A DNA stretch of 61,698 nucleotides, the filler included, from an uncultured Myxococcia bacterium (GTDB lineage Bacteria > CAZTWC01), in NCBI GenBank assembly GCA_964617105.1. It is 9 parts of 9 records of this genome, joined end to end, with 100 filler letters (N's around TTAATTAATTAA, not from the genome) between each part and the next. Parts side by side here need not be neighbours in the genome. Positions count along the whole stretch, not along the records: positions 27,868 to 34,588 come from CAZTWC010000212.1; positions 34,689 to 41,383 come from CAZTWC010000213.1; 7 more parts are not named here. The stretch is one strand, 5' to 3'. The notes below the pieces were generated by a model. It ran no database searches. It was not told the DNA's origin and worked only from the letters and a program-made list of their open reading frames with translations. Every line of letters begins with the position of its first letter. The first letter of the stretch is position 1. This document shows positions 28,027 through 38,734 of the stretch, piece after piece. Position numbers and translations under genes: made by a program.

Positions 28027-29679
28027 TTAAGTTTGTTTTCCCCAACTCCCGCCACTTCTAACCGTTACTTTCATAGGGACATTTTTCAAAAAACCAGCCC
28101 CCGCCTCCAGCATGGCATCTTTAACCATGGTTTTTATCTCCTCTACCTCCCCGGCGGCGCACTCCACCATCAGTTCATCGTGCAGTATATTTAATATGTT
28201 CAGCCGGCCATTATCAACCGCCTCTTTTAACAGCACCACCGCTAATTTGGTAATATCGGCGCTGGTGCCCTGTACTGGCATATTTCTGGCCAGCCTCTCC
28301 AGGGCGTTGCGGTTCTCGTTTTTTGAGTTAAGAAACAGAATTCGTCCCGACATACTACGGCAAAATCCCCTTTGAAGCGCCTTTTGCGCCGCCAGGTACA
28401 AATATTTTTTTACTCCGGGAAAACGGTTAAAATAGGCATCCAGGATTCCGCCGGCTTCCTGGATGCTTATGTTCAGTTTTTTCGACAATCCCGCCGGACC
28501 CATGCCGTAAATTAAACCAAAATTTACCATCTTGGCCTGTTGCCGTAAATGATTATTCTTCTCCTTGCTAACTTTCTGGCCAAAAACAGCGGTGGCCACC
28601 ATGGAGTGTAAATCCTGACCGCTACGCAAAATAGCCTGCATCTCCCGGTCTTCTGAAAGTTCCGCCAATATTCTTAATTCACAGGTGTCATAATCAGCAG
28701 TGATGATGGTCTTTCCCTTAGGCGCGGCAAATAGATTCCGCAAGCCAGAGGCTTTTTCTATACCCTGGATGTTCGGCTCACTGGTAGTAATCCGGCCGGT
28801 CTTGGTCCCCAATTGGTGAAATTTGGGATGCAAATGTCCATATTGATCCAGATGTTGAGCAAAGGAGTACTCATATTGGGAAATCAAACGCCGGATCTCC
28901 CGGTGCCGGTTTATGGAAACTCCCAGGGAGCCCAAATTTTCCAATTGCGCCTTGGACAACGTAGTCACCTGGAATCCAGCCTGATTAAGCAAACCTTTGA
29001 GCTGGCTGTCTTGAGACAAAAATTCTCCAGCCGTATCTCTTGCTGCTCCCTTTGCTCCTCGCGCGTCCAACTGTTGAGCAATTTTTACCTGGAGAACATC
29101 CAGTTCCCCAGCCAACTCCTCTTTGTAGTTCAACCAATTCTGATAATCAAAATAGACCCCTCTCTTAGCCATTTGGGCTAAAAGAGGCTGCAATTCTGTT
29201 TCTAGCCGCACCACCCGTTGCAAGCGATATTTTTGTACCCTTTGCCAGGTTTGGTAAAAAAGATGGTATAAAGAGATCAATTTGCACTTTGTTTCATCCT
29301 CAGGAGATTGGTTGCCTGAGCCCTTCCCGCTACTTTTTTGAAGGTCATTGCCGGGTTCACAATTTTTCTCAACGCCATTAAAGGCCAACTGGGACAGCAA
29401 ATCCAAGTCAATAATGTTTTTCAATCTATTGGTAAAATCAGAATAATATTCAGAAAAATATTGGCATAAAATATCCTCTTTCTCCACCACTTTTAGATTG
29501 GTGGAACTCCAGAGAGGGCTTAAAAGACGGCTGTTTTTTTTATCCAGACAGCCGGTCCATTGGAATCGGTGATCACCAATCCCTATGTATGTATGTTGGT
29601 TGGCATATTGCCTAAAGTAGATTGCGACTAAAGGTAATTTTATTAAAATATCGGTAGGTGGGTTATCTTTTACATGCAT
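28027..29679 (-). CDS. Short family A DNA polymerase without a 5'-3' exonuclease domain
   Basis: TKTGRITTSEPNIQ; motif A ADYDTCELRILA; motif B RQQAKMVNFGLIYG; NMPVQGTSAD; motif C LHDEL; 550 aa. Confidence 0.9.
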   Translation of the reverse strand: MHVKDNPPTDILIKLPLVAIYFRQYANQHTYIGIGDHRFQWTGCLDKKNSRLLSPLWSSTNLKVVEKEDILCQYFSEYYSDFTNRLKNIIDLDLLSQLAFNGVEKNCEPGNDLQKSSGKGSGNQSPEDETKCKLISLYHLFYQTWQRVQKYRLQRVVRLETELQPLLAQMAKRGVYFDYQNWLNYKEELAGELDVLQVKIAQQLDARGAKGAARDTAGEFLSQDSQLKGLLNQAGFQVTTLSKAQLENLGSLGVSINRHREIRRLISQYEYSFAQHLDQYGHLHPKFHQLGTKTGRITTSEPNIQGIEKASGLRNLFAAPKGKTIITADYDTCELRILAELSEDREMQAILRSGQDLHSMVATAVFGQKVSKEKNNHLRQQAKMVNFGLIYGMGPAGLSKKLNISIQEAGGILDAYFNRFPGVKKYLYLAAQKALQRGFCRSMSGRILFLNSKNENRNALERLARNMPVQGTSADITKLAVVLLKEAVDNGRLNILNILHDELMVECAAGEVEEIKTMVKDAMLEAGAGFLKNVPMKVTVRSGGSWGKQT

Positions 29680-29697
29680 ACCAGAAATACTGGCCGT

Positions 29698-30048
29698 TTA
29701 ATGAATTGAGTCAGAAGGGTCAACCAGCCGGTCTTCATCTACTGTTTGGGGAAGATTTTCCAACAATTCGGCAATTTGCTCCTGTTTTTCGTGGAGTCTG
29801 CCCAGCACCTCTTTCCTGCTTTCTTCCCACTCGTCAGGTTCTATGATCCCCTTGCTTCCCAATATATTCAACAGTACATAATTATTTTCTGTGGTCATAA
29901 CCGCCACTTTTTCCAGCCTTTTCTGTTTGTTTTCCCAATCCTGAAGGATTTTGATAAATTTTTCCTCCAACCGCTTACGAGTAAAATAGTGGTAGGTAAA
30001 AATGGCCGTCATCACAAACATGAGAATTACTATCACCGATAAAGACAT
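29698..30048 (-). CDS. Hypothetical single-TM protein
   Basis: 116 aa, N-terminal TM, acidic coiled region, AGGAG RBS. Confidence 0.7.
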   Translation of the reverse strand: MSLSVIVILMFVMTAIFTYHYFTRKRLEEKFIKILQDWENKQKRLEKVAVMTTENNYVLLNILGSKGIIEPDEWEESRKEVLGRLHEKQEQIAELLENLPQTVDEDRLVDPSDSIH

Positions 30049-30165
30049 GATTTCTCCTAAATTATTCAGACTGTCAAATTCAAGAATGAACGTATGAACC
30101 TGAGTATTCTTTTCATTATTAATTTTTTAATTATAGCATTTCCCCCCCAATTTTAAAAGGGGTGT

Positions 30166-31599
30166 TTAGAGATAGGTCTCAAATTGGCTGAAATTATGGG
30201 TTAGATTCGATTTATACTGCTGCAAAACCTGTTGGCAGTGATCAATTTGGCGGGCCAAAGCATCCCCTCCTGTTCCTCCTTCAATTTCCCTTCTTTTTAC
30301 AGCCGCTTTAAAGTCGAGCCAAGAAAAGATCTCCTGGTCAAAAAGTGGGGAAAAACCGTGCAACTCTTCCAAAGTCAACTGATCCAGGTTACGTTTTTTT
30401 TCTTGAGCATATTTTACTATTTTCCCGCATATTTTATGGGCTTGCCTAAAGGGAAGTGAACGGCAAGTTAAAAAATCGGCCAATTCGGTGGCTAGCAACA
30501 GAGAATCCATGGACTTTTCAATCTTGGGCACATTGAACTGTACGGTTTTAACCACTCCGGTTACCACTGGTATTACTGCGGTCATGGTATCGGCAGCATC
30601 AAATACCGGTTCCTTGTCCTCCTGTAAATCCCGGTTATAGGTTGATGGAAGCCCTTTGAGGGTAACTACAAGAGAGATCAAAGAACCGATTACCCGGCCA
30701 ATTTTCCCCCGGGATAGTTCCAGAGAATCGGGATTTTTCTTGTTGGGCATTATGGAGGAACCGGTGCTGTATTCGTCCGCCATCTGGATAAAAGAAAACT
30801 CTGAGGAGGAAAAAATAATCCAATCTTCGGCCAGTCTGGATACATGCAGGGATACCAGCGAGGTCATAAACAAAAACTCCAGGGCAAAATCCCGGTCAGA
30901 AACACTGTCCATAGAGTTTTTGGCCACTCTTAAAAAACCCAGTTCCTTGGCCAGCATTTGCCGGTCCAATTTAAATCCGCTGCCAGCCATTGCGCCGCTA
31001 CCCAGGGGCAAAGTTAAAAGCCGGGGCAGGGAGTCAAACATCCTTTCAACATCCCGGGCAAAGGCCCAGAAAAAAGAGAGCAGATAATGGGCCAGGCTAA
31101 CCGGTTGAGCCTGCTGTAGATGGGTATAGCCCGGCAAAAGATGATCAACGTGCTGTAATGCTTTTTGCAACAGGGTTTCCATCAACTCCACTAACTGGCG
31201 GCAAATCTTTCCCTCCAGAGCAGTCAAATAGAGCCGGAAGGAGGTAGCCACCTGATCATTTCGACTGCGGCCTGAGTGGATTTTTTCTCCGGCAGAACCA
31301 ATTTTCTCGCTCAGCAGTCTCTCCATCGCCATATGGATATCTTCGTCAGAAGATAAAAACTTGGCCTCTCCTCGGCCTATTTCTTGATGCAAATCTTGCA
31401 ACCCCTGGACAATTGAGGCTCGTTCAGACGAACTCAATACCCCCACCTTTTCCAGGGCCTTTGCATAAGCCGAGGATAGATGACACTCGGCCAAATAGAG
31501 CCGGGCATCAAAATGTAGAGAACGGCTCATGGCCTCAAAATCGCTGTCCGGTGCTTTGGAAAAGCGCCCGTCCCAGGCTTTAGAAGAGTTTGTATTCAT
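30166..31599 (-). CDS. argH: Argininosuccinate lyase
   Basis: EDIH, HSGRSRNDQ, PGYTHLQQAQP, TGSSIMPNKKNPD, YNRDLQEDK. Confidence 0.97.
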   Translation of the reverse strand: MNTNSSKAWDGRFSKAPDSDFEAMSRSLHFDARLYLAECHLSSAYAKALEKVGVLSSSERASIVQGLQDLHQEIGRGEAKFLSSDEDIHMAMERLLSEKIGSAGEKIHSGRSRNDQVATSFRLYLTALEGKICRQLVELMETLLQKALQHVDHLLPGYTHLQQAQPVSLAHYLLSFFWAFARDVERMFDSLPRLLTLPLGSGAMAGSGFKLDRQMLAKELGFLRVAKNSMDSVSDRDFALEFLFMTSLVSLHVSRLAEDWIIFSSSEFSFIQMADEYSTGSSIMPNKKNPDSLELSRGKIGRVIGSLISLVVTLKGLPSTYNRDLQEDKEPVFDAADTMTAVIPVVTGVVKTVQFNVPKIEKSMDSLLLATELADFLTCRSLPFRQAHKICGKIVKYAQEKKRNLDQLTLEELHGFSPLFDQEIFSWLDFKAAVKRREIEGGTGGDALARQIDHCQQVLQQYKSNLTHNFSQFETYL

Positions 31600-31611
31600 A
31601 GCGTTTATTTC

Positions 31612-32904
31612 TTATTTGTCATGAAAAGAGGCCAAAGCCCTGATATCGTCTGCCTGGCCATCGTGACTTTCTATCCTTCTCTGCACCAGGGCGGTAACTC
31701 CGGTGGATAATCCGTAGAGATTGATAAAACCGCCGGCATCTTTCTGGTCGTAGTTGTCACTGGTGCCAAAGGAGGCCAACTCCTGTAAATAGAGAGAATA
31801 GGGAGAGCGCCGGCCGCTTACCATTACGTTTCCTTTATAAAGCACCAATCGCACCTCTCCGGTGACATAGCGGCAAATAGAGGTTATAAAAGCGTCAAAT
31901 CCCTGCCTAAGAGAGGAAAACCACTTACCATTGTAAACCAACTCCGCATATTCCAGGGCAAGTTTTTGCTTGTAGCACAGAGTTTCCCGGTCAAGGGTCA
32001 ACATCTCCAACTCCCGCAAAGCGGTATATAGTAAACTCCCGCCTGGAGTTTCGTACACTCCGCGGCTCTTCATACCCACCAGTCTGGTTTCCATTACGTC
32101 ACAGCGTCCTATGGCGTTTTTGGCAGCATGCTCGTTCAAGGTCAGCATCAACTCCACCGGACCTAAACGCTTGTCATCCACCGCTACCGGCACACCTTGA
32201 TCAAACTCGATAGTTATCTCGGTTTCCTTATCCGGCGCCTGTTCAGGACTCTTGCTCAAGGTGAACATCTCTTCATTGGGTCGGCTCCAATTTTTCTCCA
32301 ACTCACCTCCCTCGTGGCTCATGTGCCAAATATTTCGATCCCTTGAATAGATGTTGGTGCGGGAGATTTTACCCAGGTCGATCCCCTTTTGCTGGGCATA
32401 ATTGATGGCGTCTTCCCTGGAGTGGATATTCCAAATCCTCCAGGGGGCTATCACCTTCAGTTGGGGGGCCAAAGCCTTGTAAGTCAACTCAAAACGAACC
32501 TGATCGTTACCCTTGCCGGTACAGCCATGAGCCACAGCGTCGGCTCCTTCCTTTTTGGCAACCTCCACCTGGTGGTAAGCCTGTAGCGGACGAGCCATGG
32601 AAGTACCCAGCAAATATTTACCCTCGTAAACAGCGCCAGCCATCAGGGTGGGATAGATATAGTCTCGAACAAATTCTTCCCGCACATCCACGCAATAGAA
32701 TTTATCGGCGCCACTCTTTATGGCTTTTTCCTCCAACCCGTCCAACTCATCGCTCCCCTGTCCCACATCGGTGGTCATGGCTACCACCCGGCAACCGGAG
32801 TAATGTTCCTTGAGCCAGGGAATGATGATGGAAGTATCAAGACCTCCAGAGTAAGCCAAAACGATGTTTTTTATCTTGTCCTGACCATTGTGCACCATGT
32901 TCAT
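31612..32904 (-). CDS. argG: Argininosuccinate synthase
   Basis: LAYSGGLDTS, HGCTGKGNDQVRFE, GMKSRGVYETPG. Confidence 0.97.
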   Translation of the reverse strand: MNMVHNGQDKIKNIVLAYSGGLDTSIIIPWLKEHYSGCRVVAMTTDVGQGSDELDGLEEKAIKSGADKFYCVDVREEFVRDYIYPTLMAGAVYEGKYLLGTSMARPLQAYHQVEVAKKEGADAVAHGCTGKGNDQVRFELTYKALAPQLKVIAPWRIWNIHSREDAINYAQQKGIDLGKISRTNIYSRDRNIWHMSHEGGELEKNWSRPNEEMFTLSKSPEQAPDKETEITIEFDQGVPVAVDDKRLGPVELMLTLNEHAAKNAIGRCDVMETRLVGMKSRGVYETPGGSLLYTALRELEMLTLDRETLCYKQKLALEYAELVYNGKWFSSLRQGFDAFITSICRYVTGEVRLVLYKGNVMVSGRRSPYSLYLQELASFGTSDNYDQKDAGGFINLYGLSTGVTALVQRRIESHDGQADDIRALASFHDK

Positions 32905-32935
32905 GCTATATTTTCTCCAGTTAGATTGTTGGAAA

Positions 32936-34588
32936 TTAAAAGTTAATATTATCTCGATAGTTAAGGTAAACCTCTTCCGGAAGAGACATCACTCTTTTGC
33001 GGCCGCCATAGAGCCAGCGGTAGATCACATACCCGCTCAAAACCCGCCGCATATACTTGCGGGTTTCCCGGTAGGGAACCTGTTCAATAAACTCCTCCAC
33101 ATTCAACGCACTCCATAAATCGAGCCAACGGGTCATGGCCAGAGGGCCGGCGTTATAGGCGCCCACTGCCATAGGCAACTGGCCGTAGTATTTTTTCAGC
33201 AGCTCACTAAAATATTTTGCTCCCATAGCAATACTAACCTGAGGTTCAAACAGTTGCTTCAAGTTGAAGTTCCGAATCCCTTTTAAATGCGACAACCGGT
33301 TGGCGGTTGGGGGGATTATCTGCATCAACCCCCGGGCGTCAGCTGGCGAAACCGCTCTTTTATCAAACCTGCTCTCCTGACGGATAACCGCCAGCAACAG
33401 GTAGGGTGAAATGGCATATTTCTCCGCTTCTTTTTCCACCAACTCCAGAAAACCACGAGGATAACCCAGATGCCATACCTTCCTGTTATCTCCAACTATT
33501 TTATTATATTTCCCCTGGGGCAAGGTGAGATGGCAGGTCAAGTGATTCGCCACAATATCCATAGATAACTTGTATATTCCCAAATAGTCGGCCATTTGGG
33601 CCAATTTTAACCGGCGGCCGTTTTTATAGCCAGACTTCCGGTACATTTTTTGTAAATAATGGCGGACTTCACGGTAAAAGCCCAGTTTAGTCAGATCTCT
33701 GGCCAGACTCATTTGCGGCCCTCGCACCAGGGCCGATGCTTTTTGGTTCTCGGCCTCCTCTCTATTTTCTTGGGGAGATGTCTGTGCTTTCATAGATGGG
33801 ATCAATTTTTGGCAATAATAAACTAATTTGTCCAGAGCCAGCAAGTGATAATATTTATCGGGCGGGCTGTCATTTACAATTTGTTGGAATCTTTGACAGG
33901 CTTCACCTTTTTGTTTGGCATTCTTAAAACTAATGGCTGTCCAATAACGCCCACGCCTACCCATGGTTGATTGTGGATAGAGGCGAAACAATTTTTCAAA
34001 AAAAATTCGGCTGTTAAAATATTCACTCTGCAAATAATAACTCCAGCCGATATACCAGTTGGCACTACCCCGGTAGTAGGAGCGGGGATATTTGCGCAGG
34101 TAGCGTTTGAATATTTCAATGGCAGATTTGTATTGCCCGGCATACATTAGATTAAGGCCAGCGTAAAAAAGTGAATTACGCGCCCGGGACAATCTATAAT
34201 AACGGTTGTAGTGCTTAATATAATAGTGATGGGCTTGTTGAAAATTCTCCAGTTTATTGTTCAGGTAAGCCAATTTCCGTAAAACCTGATAATCAATTCT
34301 GGGGCCGGGAGACTGGGCCAGCAATTTTTTATACTGGGAGATGGCCTGGGCATAATTTCGTTGTCTGGTGTAGGCTCGGGCAAATAGGTACAAAATTTTA
34401 TCAGAGCGCTCTTTTGATTTATCTTTGACTTTCCTGGTAGTAAGATGTTTGGGCAACAGTTTCAATTCCTTCAGGGCTCTTTCCGCTTTTCCCCCCCTGA
34501 TCAACTGATGAATCCACTCTAACTTCTCATCCAGCGATGGTTCTTTAACCGGAAAACCGTTTGTTTTAAGAAGGGTCAAGCGGTTGGT
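32936..34588 (-). CDS. TPR-containing soluble lytic transglycosylase, 5' truncated
   Basis: TPR repeats, then AVIRQESRF, ARGLMQI, AYNAGP, PYRETRKY SLT motifs. Confidence 0.92.
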   Translation of the reverse strand, partial: TNRLTLLKTNGFPVKEPSLDEKLEWIHQLIRGGKAERALKELKLLPKHLTTRKVKDKSKERSDKILYLFARAYTRQRNYAQAISQYKKLLAQSPGPRIDYQVLRKLAYLNNKLENFQQAHHYYIKHYNRYYRLSRARNSLFYAGLNLMYAGQYKSAIEIFKRYLRKYPRSYYRGSANWYIGWSYYLQSEYFNSRIFFEKLFRLYPQSTMGRRGRYWTAISFKNAKQKGEACQRFQQIVNDSPPDKYYHLLALDKLVYYCQKLIPSMKAQTSPQENREEAENQKASALVRGPQMSLARDLTKLGFYREVRHYLQKMYRKSGYKNGRRLKLAQMADYLGIYKLSMDIVANHLTCHLTLPQGKYNKIVGDNRKVWHLGYPRGFLELVEKEAEKYAISPYLLLAVIRQESRFDKRAVSPADARGLMQIIPPTANRLSHLKGIRNFNLKQLFEPQVSIAMGAKYFSELLKKYYGQLPMAVGAYNAGPLAMTRWLDLWSALNVEEFIEQVPYRETRKYMRRVLSGYVIYRWLYGGRKRVMSLPEEVYLNYRDNINF

Positions 34589-34688
34589 NNNNNNNNNNNN
34601 NNNNNNNNNNNNNNNNNNNNNNNNNNNNNNNNTTAATTAATTAANNNNNNNNNNNNNNNNNNNNNNNNNNNNNNNNNNNNNNNNNNNN
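34589..34688. other. Artificial contig linker
   Basis: N44-TTAATTAATTAA-N44. Confidence 0.98.
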
Positions 34689-36654
34689 GGTAAAAAACAC
34701 TTACGACCTGGTGATTAACCGGCTAAATACACCTATACCGCTGGGCTACAGCCTGGCTGGACAGGTTGAAGAAATTTCCAGCGATGTGTCAGGTATTGAG
34801 AAGGGTGACTTAGTGGCTTGCGCCGGGGTCGGTTATGCCAGTCACGCAGAAAAAGTATTTGTCCCCTCTAACTTGATGGCAAAAATACCTTCCGGTGTTT
34901 CTGTAAAAGATGCGGCCTTTACCACTGTGGGAAGTATTGCCATGCACGGAGTCAGGCAGGCGGATATCGGTCTAGGAGACCGGGTGGGGGTTATCGGCCT
35001 GGGGCTAGTAGGACAGATAACAGTATCCCTTTTAAATATACAGGGATGCAAAGTATTTGGCATTGATTTAAGCGACTATAGCGTGAATCTATCCAGAAAA
35101 ATGGGGACTAAAGAAGCCGTAACTAGAAACTCAGCCCATTTGGCAGAAAAAATAAATGCTTTTAGCCAAAATTTAGGTCTGGATGCAGTCATCATAACTG
35201 CTGGAACAGATTCCAACGATCCCTTTGAGTTGGCCGCAGAGATTGTCAGAAATAGAGGCACCGTGGTTGTGGTGGGAGGCATAAGAATGGAGATCGTCAA
35301 ATCGGTTTCCAGCCTTTTTTACATGAAAGAGATTGAGATAAAATTCTCTCGCTCCTATGGTCCTGGCAGATACGATCCTGTGTACGAAGAAAATGGCCTG
35401 GATTACCCTATCGGCTATGTACGCTGGACTGAAAACCGAAATATGCAATGCTTTTTGGAGTTGTTAAAATCGGGACAACTGGACTTGACCCCCATCACCA
35501 CCCACACTTTCCCCTTTGAAGAAGCGTTGAAGGCTTACCAATTGATCGAGTCCAAAGATAGTGAACCCTATATGGGGGTGATACTGGAGTACCAAAAGGA
35601 GAAAAAGCCGGAACTACGGGAAATCTATATAAGCAATAAGAACAACAAACTGGTTTCCGGTAAAATCGGTGTCGGTATGATTGGAGCCGGCAATTTCGCC
35701 CAATCCAACCTGCTTCCATTTTTAAAAACCGATACCAGCATTAATCTTACCGGAATTTGTACAACCAAAGGTATAAGCGCAAAAAATGTAGCGGAAAAAT
35801 TTAATTTTTCCTTTTGCTGCAGTGATCCTGAAAGAATTCTCTGTGATGATAATACCCAGGCTGTTTTTATTGCCACCAGGCATGATACTCATGCTCGTTA
35901 CGTGATTGAAGCCTTAAAGCGAAAAAAGCATGTGTTTGTAGAAAAACCGCTCTGTATATCCCAGGTAGAATTGGATGAAATTGTAACCGCTTTTAATACT
36001 AACAACAGCAACCATGAAAATCTAATAGTTAGAGTTGGGTATAACCGGCGTTATGCCCCGTTGGCTTTACAGTTAAAACAAAAACTTAACCAAATTGTTG
36101 GCCCGGTAACTATGATATATCGCATCAATGCCGGATATATACCTGGTGATAGTTGGTACCAAGATCCGGCTCAAGGTGGGCGATTTATTGGAGAAGGATG
36201 CCATTTTATTGATCTGGGACAATTTTTAACCGATGCCGAACCTTTGTGGGCCAGTTCCGTTGGTATTACCGCCCCGGACAAGCAGACAGCACTTATTGAT
36301 GATTTGGTGGTTTCTTATAAAATGTCAGATAACTCAGTCTTGACTATTATTTATAATTCCAGCGGTGATAATTCTATGCCCAAGGAACGGCTCGAAGTGT
36401 TTAGCCATAAATGCTCATTTGTCCTGGATGATTTTAAATCATTGAGCATTTTTCAGAGCGGCAAGAAAAAAGTAATCCGCGATTTTTTTAAAAACAAGGG
36501 CTATAAGAATGAAATCAAATCATTTTTGAATACCCTTAGAAATGGTGATGAAGTAGTCAATATTAAAAAGACCACCATAACCTCTGCCGCCACTTTTGCC
36601 GCCATTGAAAGCCTAAAAACTTCACAACCGATAAAAATTCAGATAAATAGTTAA
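34689..36654 (+). CDS. Bi-domain oxidoreductase (MDR dehydrogenase + Gfo/Idh/MocA), 5' truncated
   Basis: PLGYSLAG, GLGLVGQ, SRSYGPGRYD, YVRWTENRN, then IGAGNFA, HVFVEKPL, GEGCHFID. Confidence 0.9.
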
Positions 36655-36701
36655 AATAGTATCTCCAATAATTATCTCTCCAGACAGGCTAACCATTTTC
36701 C

Positions 36702-38690
36702 ATGAAAAATGCCATATGGTATCTCCAACGCCTACAAAAAATGCCGCCCAGAGAGTATCCTTACCGGATTAAGCAAGCATTTAATAAAAGATTTGACCAC
36801 CTCTTTTATCTACTTAAAGGAAGCGGAAAAGAGTTTCCGGAAACCGAACTTTCCATAAAAAAGTCCGACATATCTCAACTTGAAACCGATTTCCCCCGTT
36901 TAAAAGCAACCATAATCTCTTTTGCCGATGATATTGTAAATCATAATTTTAACATCTTTGGCATAAATAGATCATATGGAAAAAAGATAAATTGGCACCT
37001 TGATCCAAAAACCGGCAAATCCTGGCCATTGAAGTTCTGGGGACAAATCAACTACCGGGACAGCAAAGAGATCGGCGGGATAAAATTCGCCTGGGAACTT
37101 AACCGCCTCCACCATCTGCCTTTTTTGGCCATTGCCTTTCAGATAAGTGGGAAAACGCAATACAAAAAAGAGGTTTTTGCCCAACTCGAGTCGTGGCTCG
37201 ATTCCAATCCATATCCCAAAGGAATAAATTGGATAAGCGGTATTGAACTTGGTATCAGGATTGTCAACCTGGTATATGCCCTTAAATATTTAGGAGAAAA
37301 ACTGGAGCCAGCCCAACTTCGGCTGGTAAATCAGTTTATCAGCCTTCACGGAAGTCATCTTCACCGCTATCCATCTAAATATTCATCCTGCGCCAACCAT
37401 ACTATATCCGAAGCCTTGGGGTTATTTATTGCCGGTCTGGTGTTTTCAAAATTATCTGGGGCTAAAAAATGGAAACGGGAAGGAAAAAAGATATTAGAAC
37501 GAGAGGTGGGGCGGCAAATCTATCCGGATGGCAGCAGTTTCGAGCATTCGGTGCCCTATCTTCACTTTGTGGTGGAGCACTATTTAGTATATTACCTGCT
37601 GTGCCATGAATACGGTGAAGATTATGAAACTCTGATAGAGCAACGGCTCAAAGCCAGCCTGGACTTTATCTCTCATACCACCGATGAAAATGGAAACTAT
37701 TTTCAGGCTGGAGATAATGATGACGGACACCTTTTACGGTTGGATATTGAGAGAACAAATCCGGTAATATCACTTTTAAATACTGGTGCGGTTTTATTTC
37801 AAAATCCCCAATGGATTCTAAAACCAAGCCGGTTTGATCCAAAGAGTTATCTTTTATTGGGGCCTGGTTCAAAAGTTATCTGGCAGCGTCTGCAAAAGAG
37901 TAAATCTTCAAAACCAGTATGTCGGAAAAAATATTTTGACTTCGCCGGCTTTGCTGTCTATCAAAAGAGCGGGAAAAATGGTAATTTACTTTTTGCCGGC
38001 AACAGCGGTCCTTTGGGGCTTCCACCTTTAGCGGGCCACGGCCATGCTGATGCCCTTAGTTTTTGGCTCACGGTTAATCATAAACCGGTTTTAGTAGATC
38101 CAGGAACGTATCTTTACCATAGCGGTGGCAAATGGAGAGATTTTTTTCGTTCAACTGCTGCCCACAATACCATAACCGTTGATGGGCTCAGCCAGGCTAC
38201 TATGCTGACTGATTTTATTTTCAAAGATTTTTATCAAGTAGTTGAGCCAAAATTTTCCTTCACCCAGGATGGGTTTAATTGGTCGGCGGAACATAATGGT
38301 TACCAGCGGCTGGCGGATCCGGTTTTTCATCGCCGGGAGGTTGGATATTCAACACCGAAAAACCATTTGACAATTTCCGATTTTATCACCTGCAAGCAGG
38401 ACCATTTAATTGAATCTTTTTTCCACTTTCACCCTGATTGTCAAGTTGCCCTTCAAAAAAGTAACATATTGGTTATCAGAGAGGGGAAAATGGTGTTAAA
38501 GATAATACCGGATGAACAATTTGAGGTAATTGAGATAAAAAAAGGTAATGAATCTCCACTAACTGGTTGGTATTCATCGGGTTTTAACTGTATTGAAGAG
38601 TGCTGCACAGTCAGATTTGCTGCAAATATTAATAGTGATATAACCTTTACAAACACTCTTTTTATAGATGAAGGGCAATTATCTGAATAA
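36702..38690 (+). CDS. Heparinase II/III-like protein
   Basis: KFAWELNRLHH, ANH, GHGHADALSF, VDPGTYLY, RSTAAHNT. Confidence 0.9.
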   Translation: MKNAIWYLQRLQKMPPREYPYRIKQAFNKRFDHLFYLLKGSGKEFPETELSIKKSDISQLETDFPRLKATIISFADDIVNHNFNIFGINRSYGKKINWHLDPKTGKSWPLKFWGQINYRDSKEIGGIKFAWELNRLHHLPFLAIAFQISGKTQYKKEVFAQLESWLDSNPYPKGINWISGIELGIRIVNLVYALKYLGEKLEPAQLRLVNQFISLHGSHLHRYPSKYSSCANHTISEALGLFIAGLVFSKLSGAKKWKREGKKILEREVGRQIYPDGSSFEHSVPYLHFVVEHYLVYYLLCHEYGEDYETLIEQRLKASLDFISHTTDENGNYFQAGDNDDGHLLRLDIERTNPVISLLNTGAVLFQNPQWILKPSRFDPKSYLLLGPGSKVIWQRLQKSKSSKPVCRKKYFDFAGFAVYQKSGKNGNLLFAGNSGPLGLPPLAGHGHADALSFWLTVNHKPVLVDPGTYLYHSGGKWRDFFRSTAAHNTITVDGLSQATMLTDFIFKDFYQVVEPKFSFTQDGFNWSAEHNGYQRLADPVFHRREVGYSTPKNHLTISDFITCKQDHLIESFFHFHPDCQVALQKSNILVIREGKMVLKIIPDEQFEVIEIKKGNESPLTGWYSSGFNCIEECCTVRFAANINSDITFTNTLFIDEGQLSE

Positions 38691-38734
38691 TAACTAAAAC
38701 TATTAAATATTTTAAATTTTAAGGGAATAGAACT

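Noticed and set aside
19751-32904. Arginine pathway cluster (arcC, ArgE-like, argG, argH)
   Set aside because: The genes are on three different contigs; the proximity is an artefact of concatenation.
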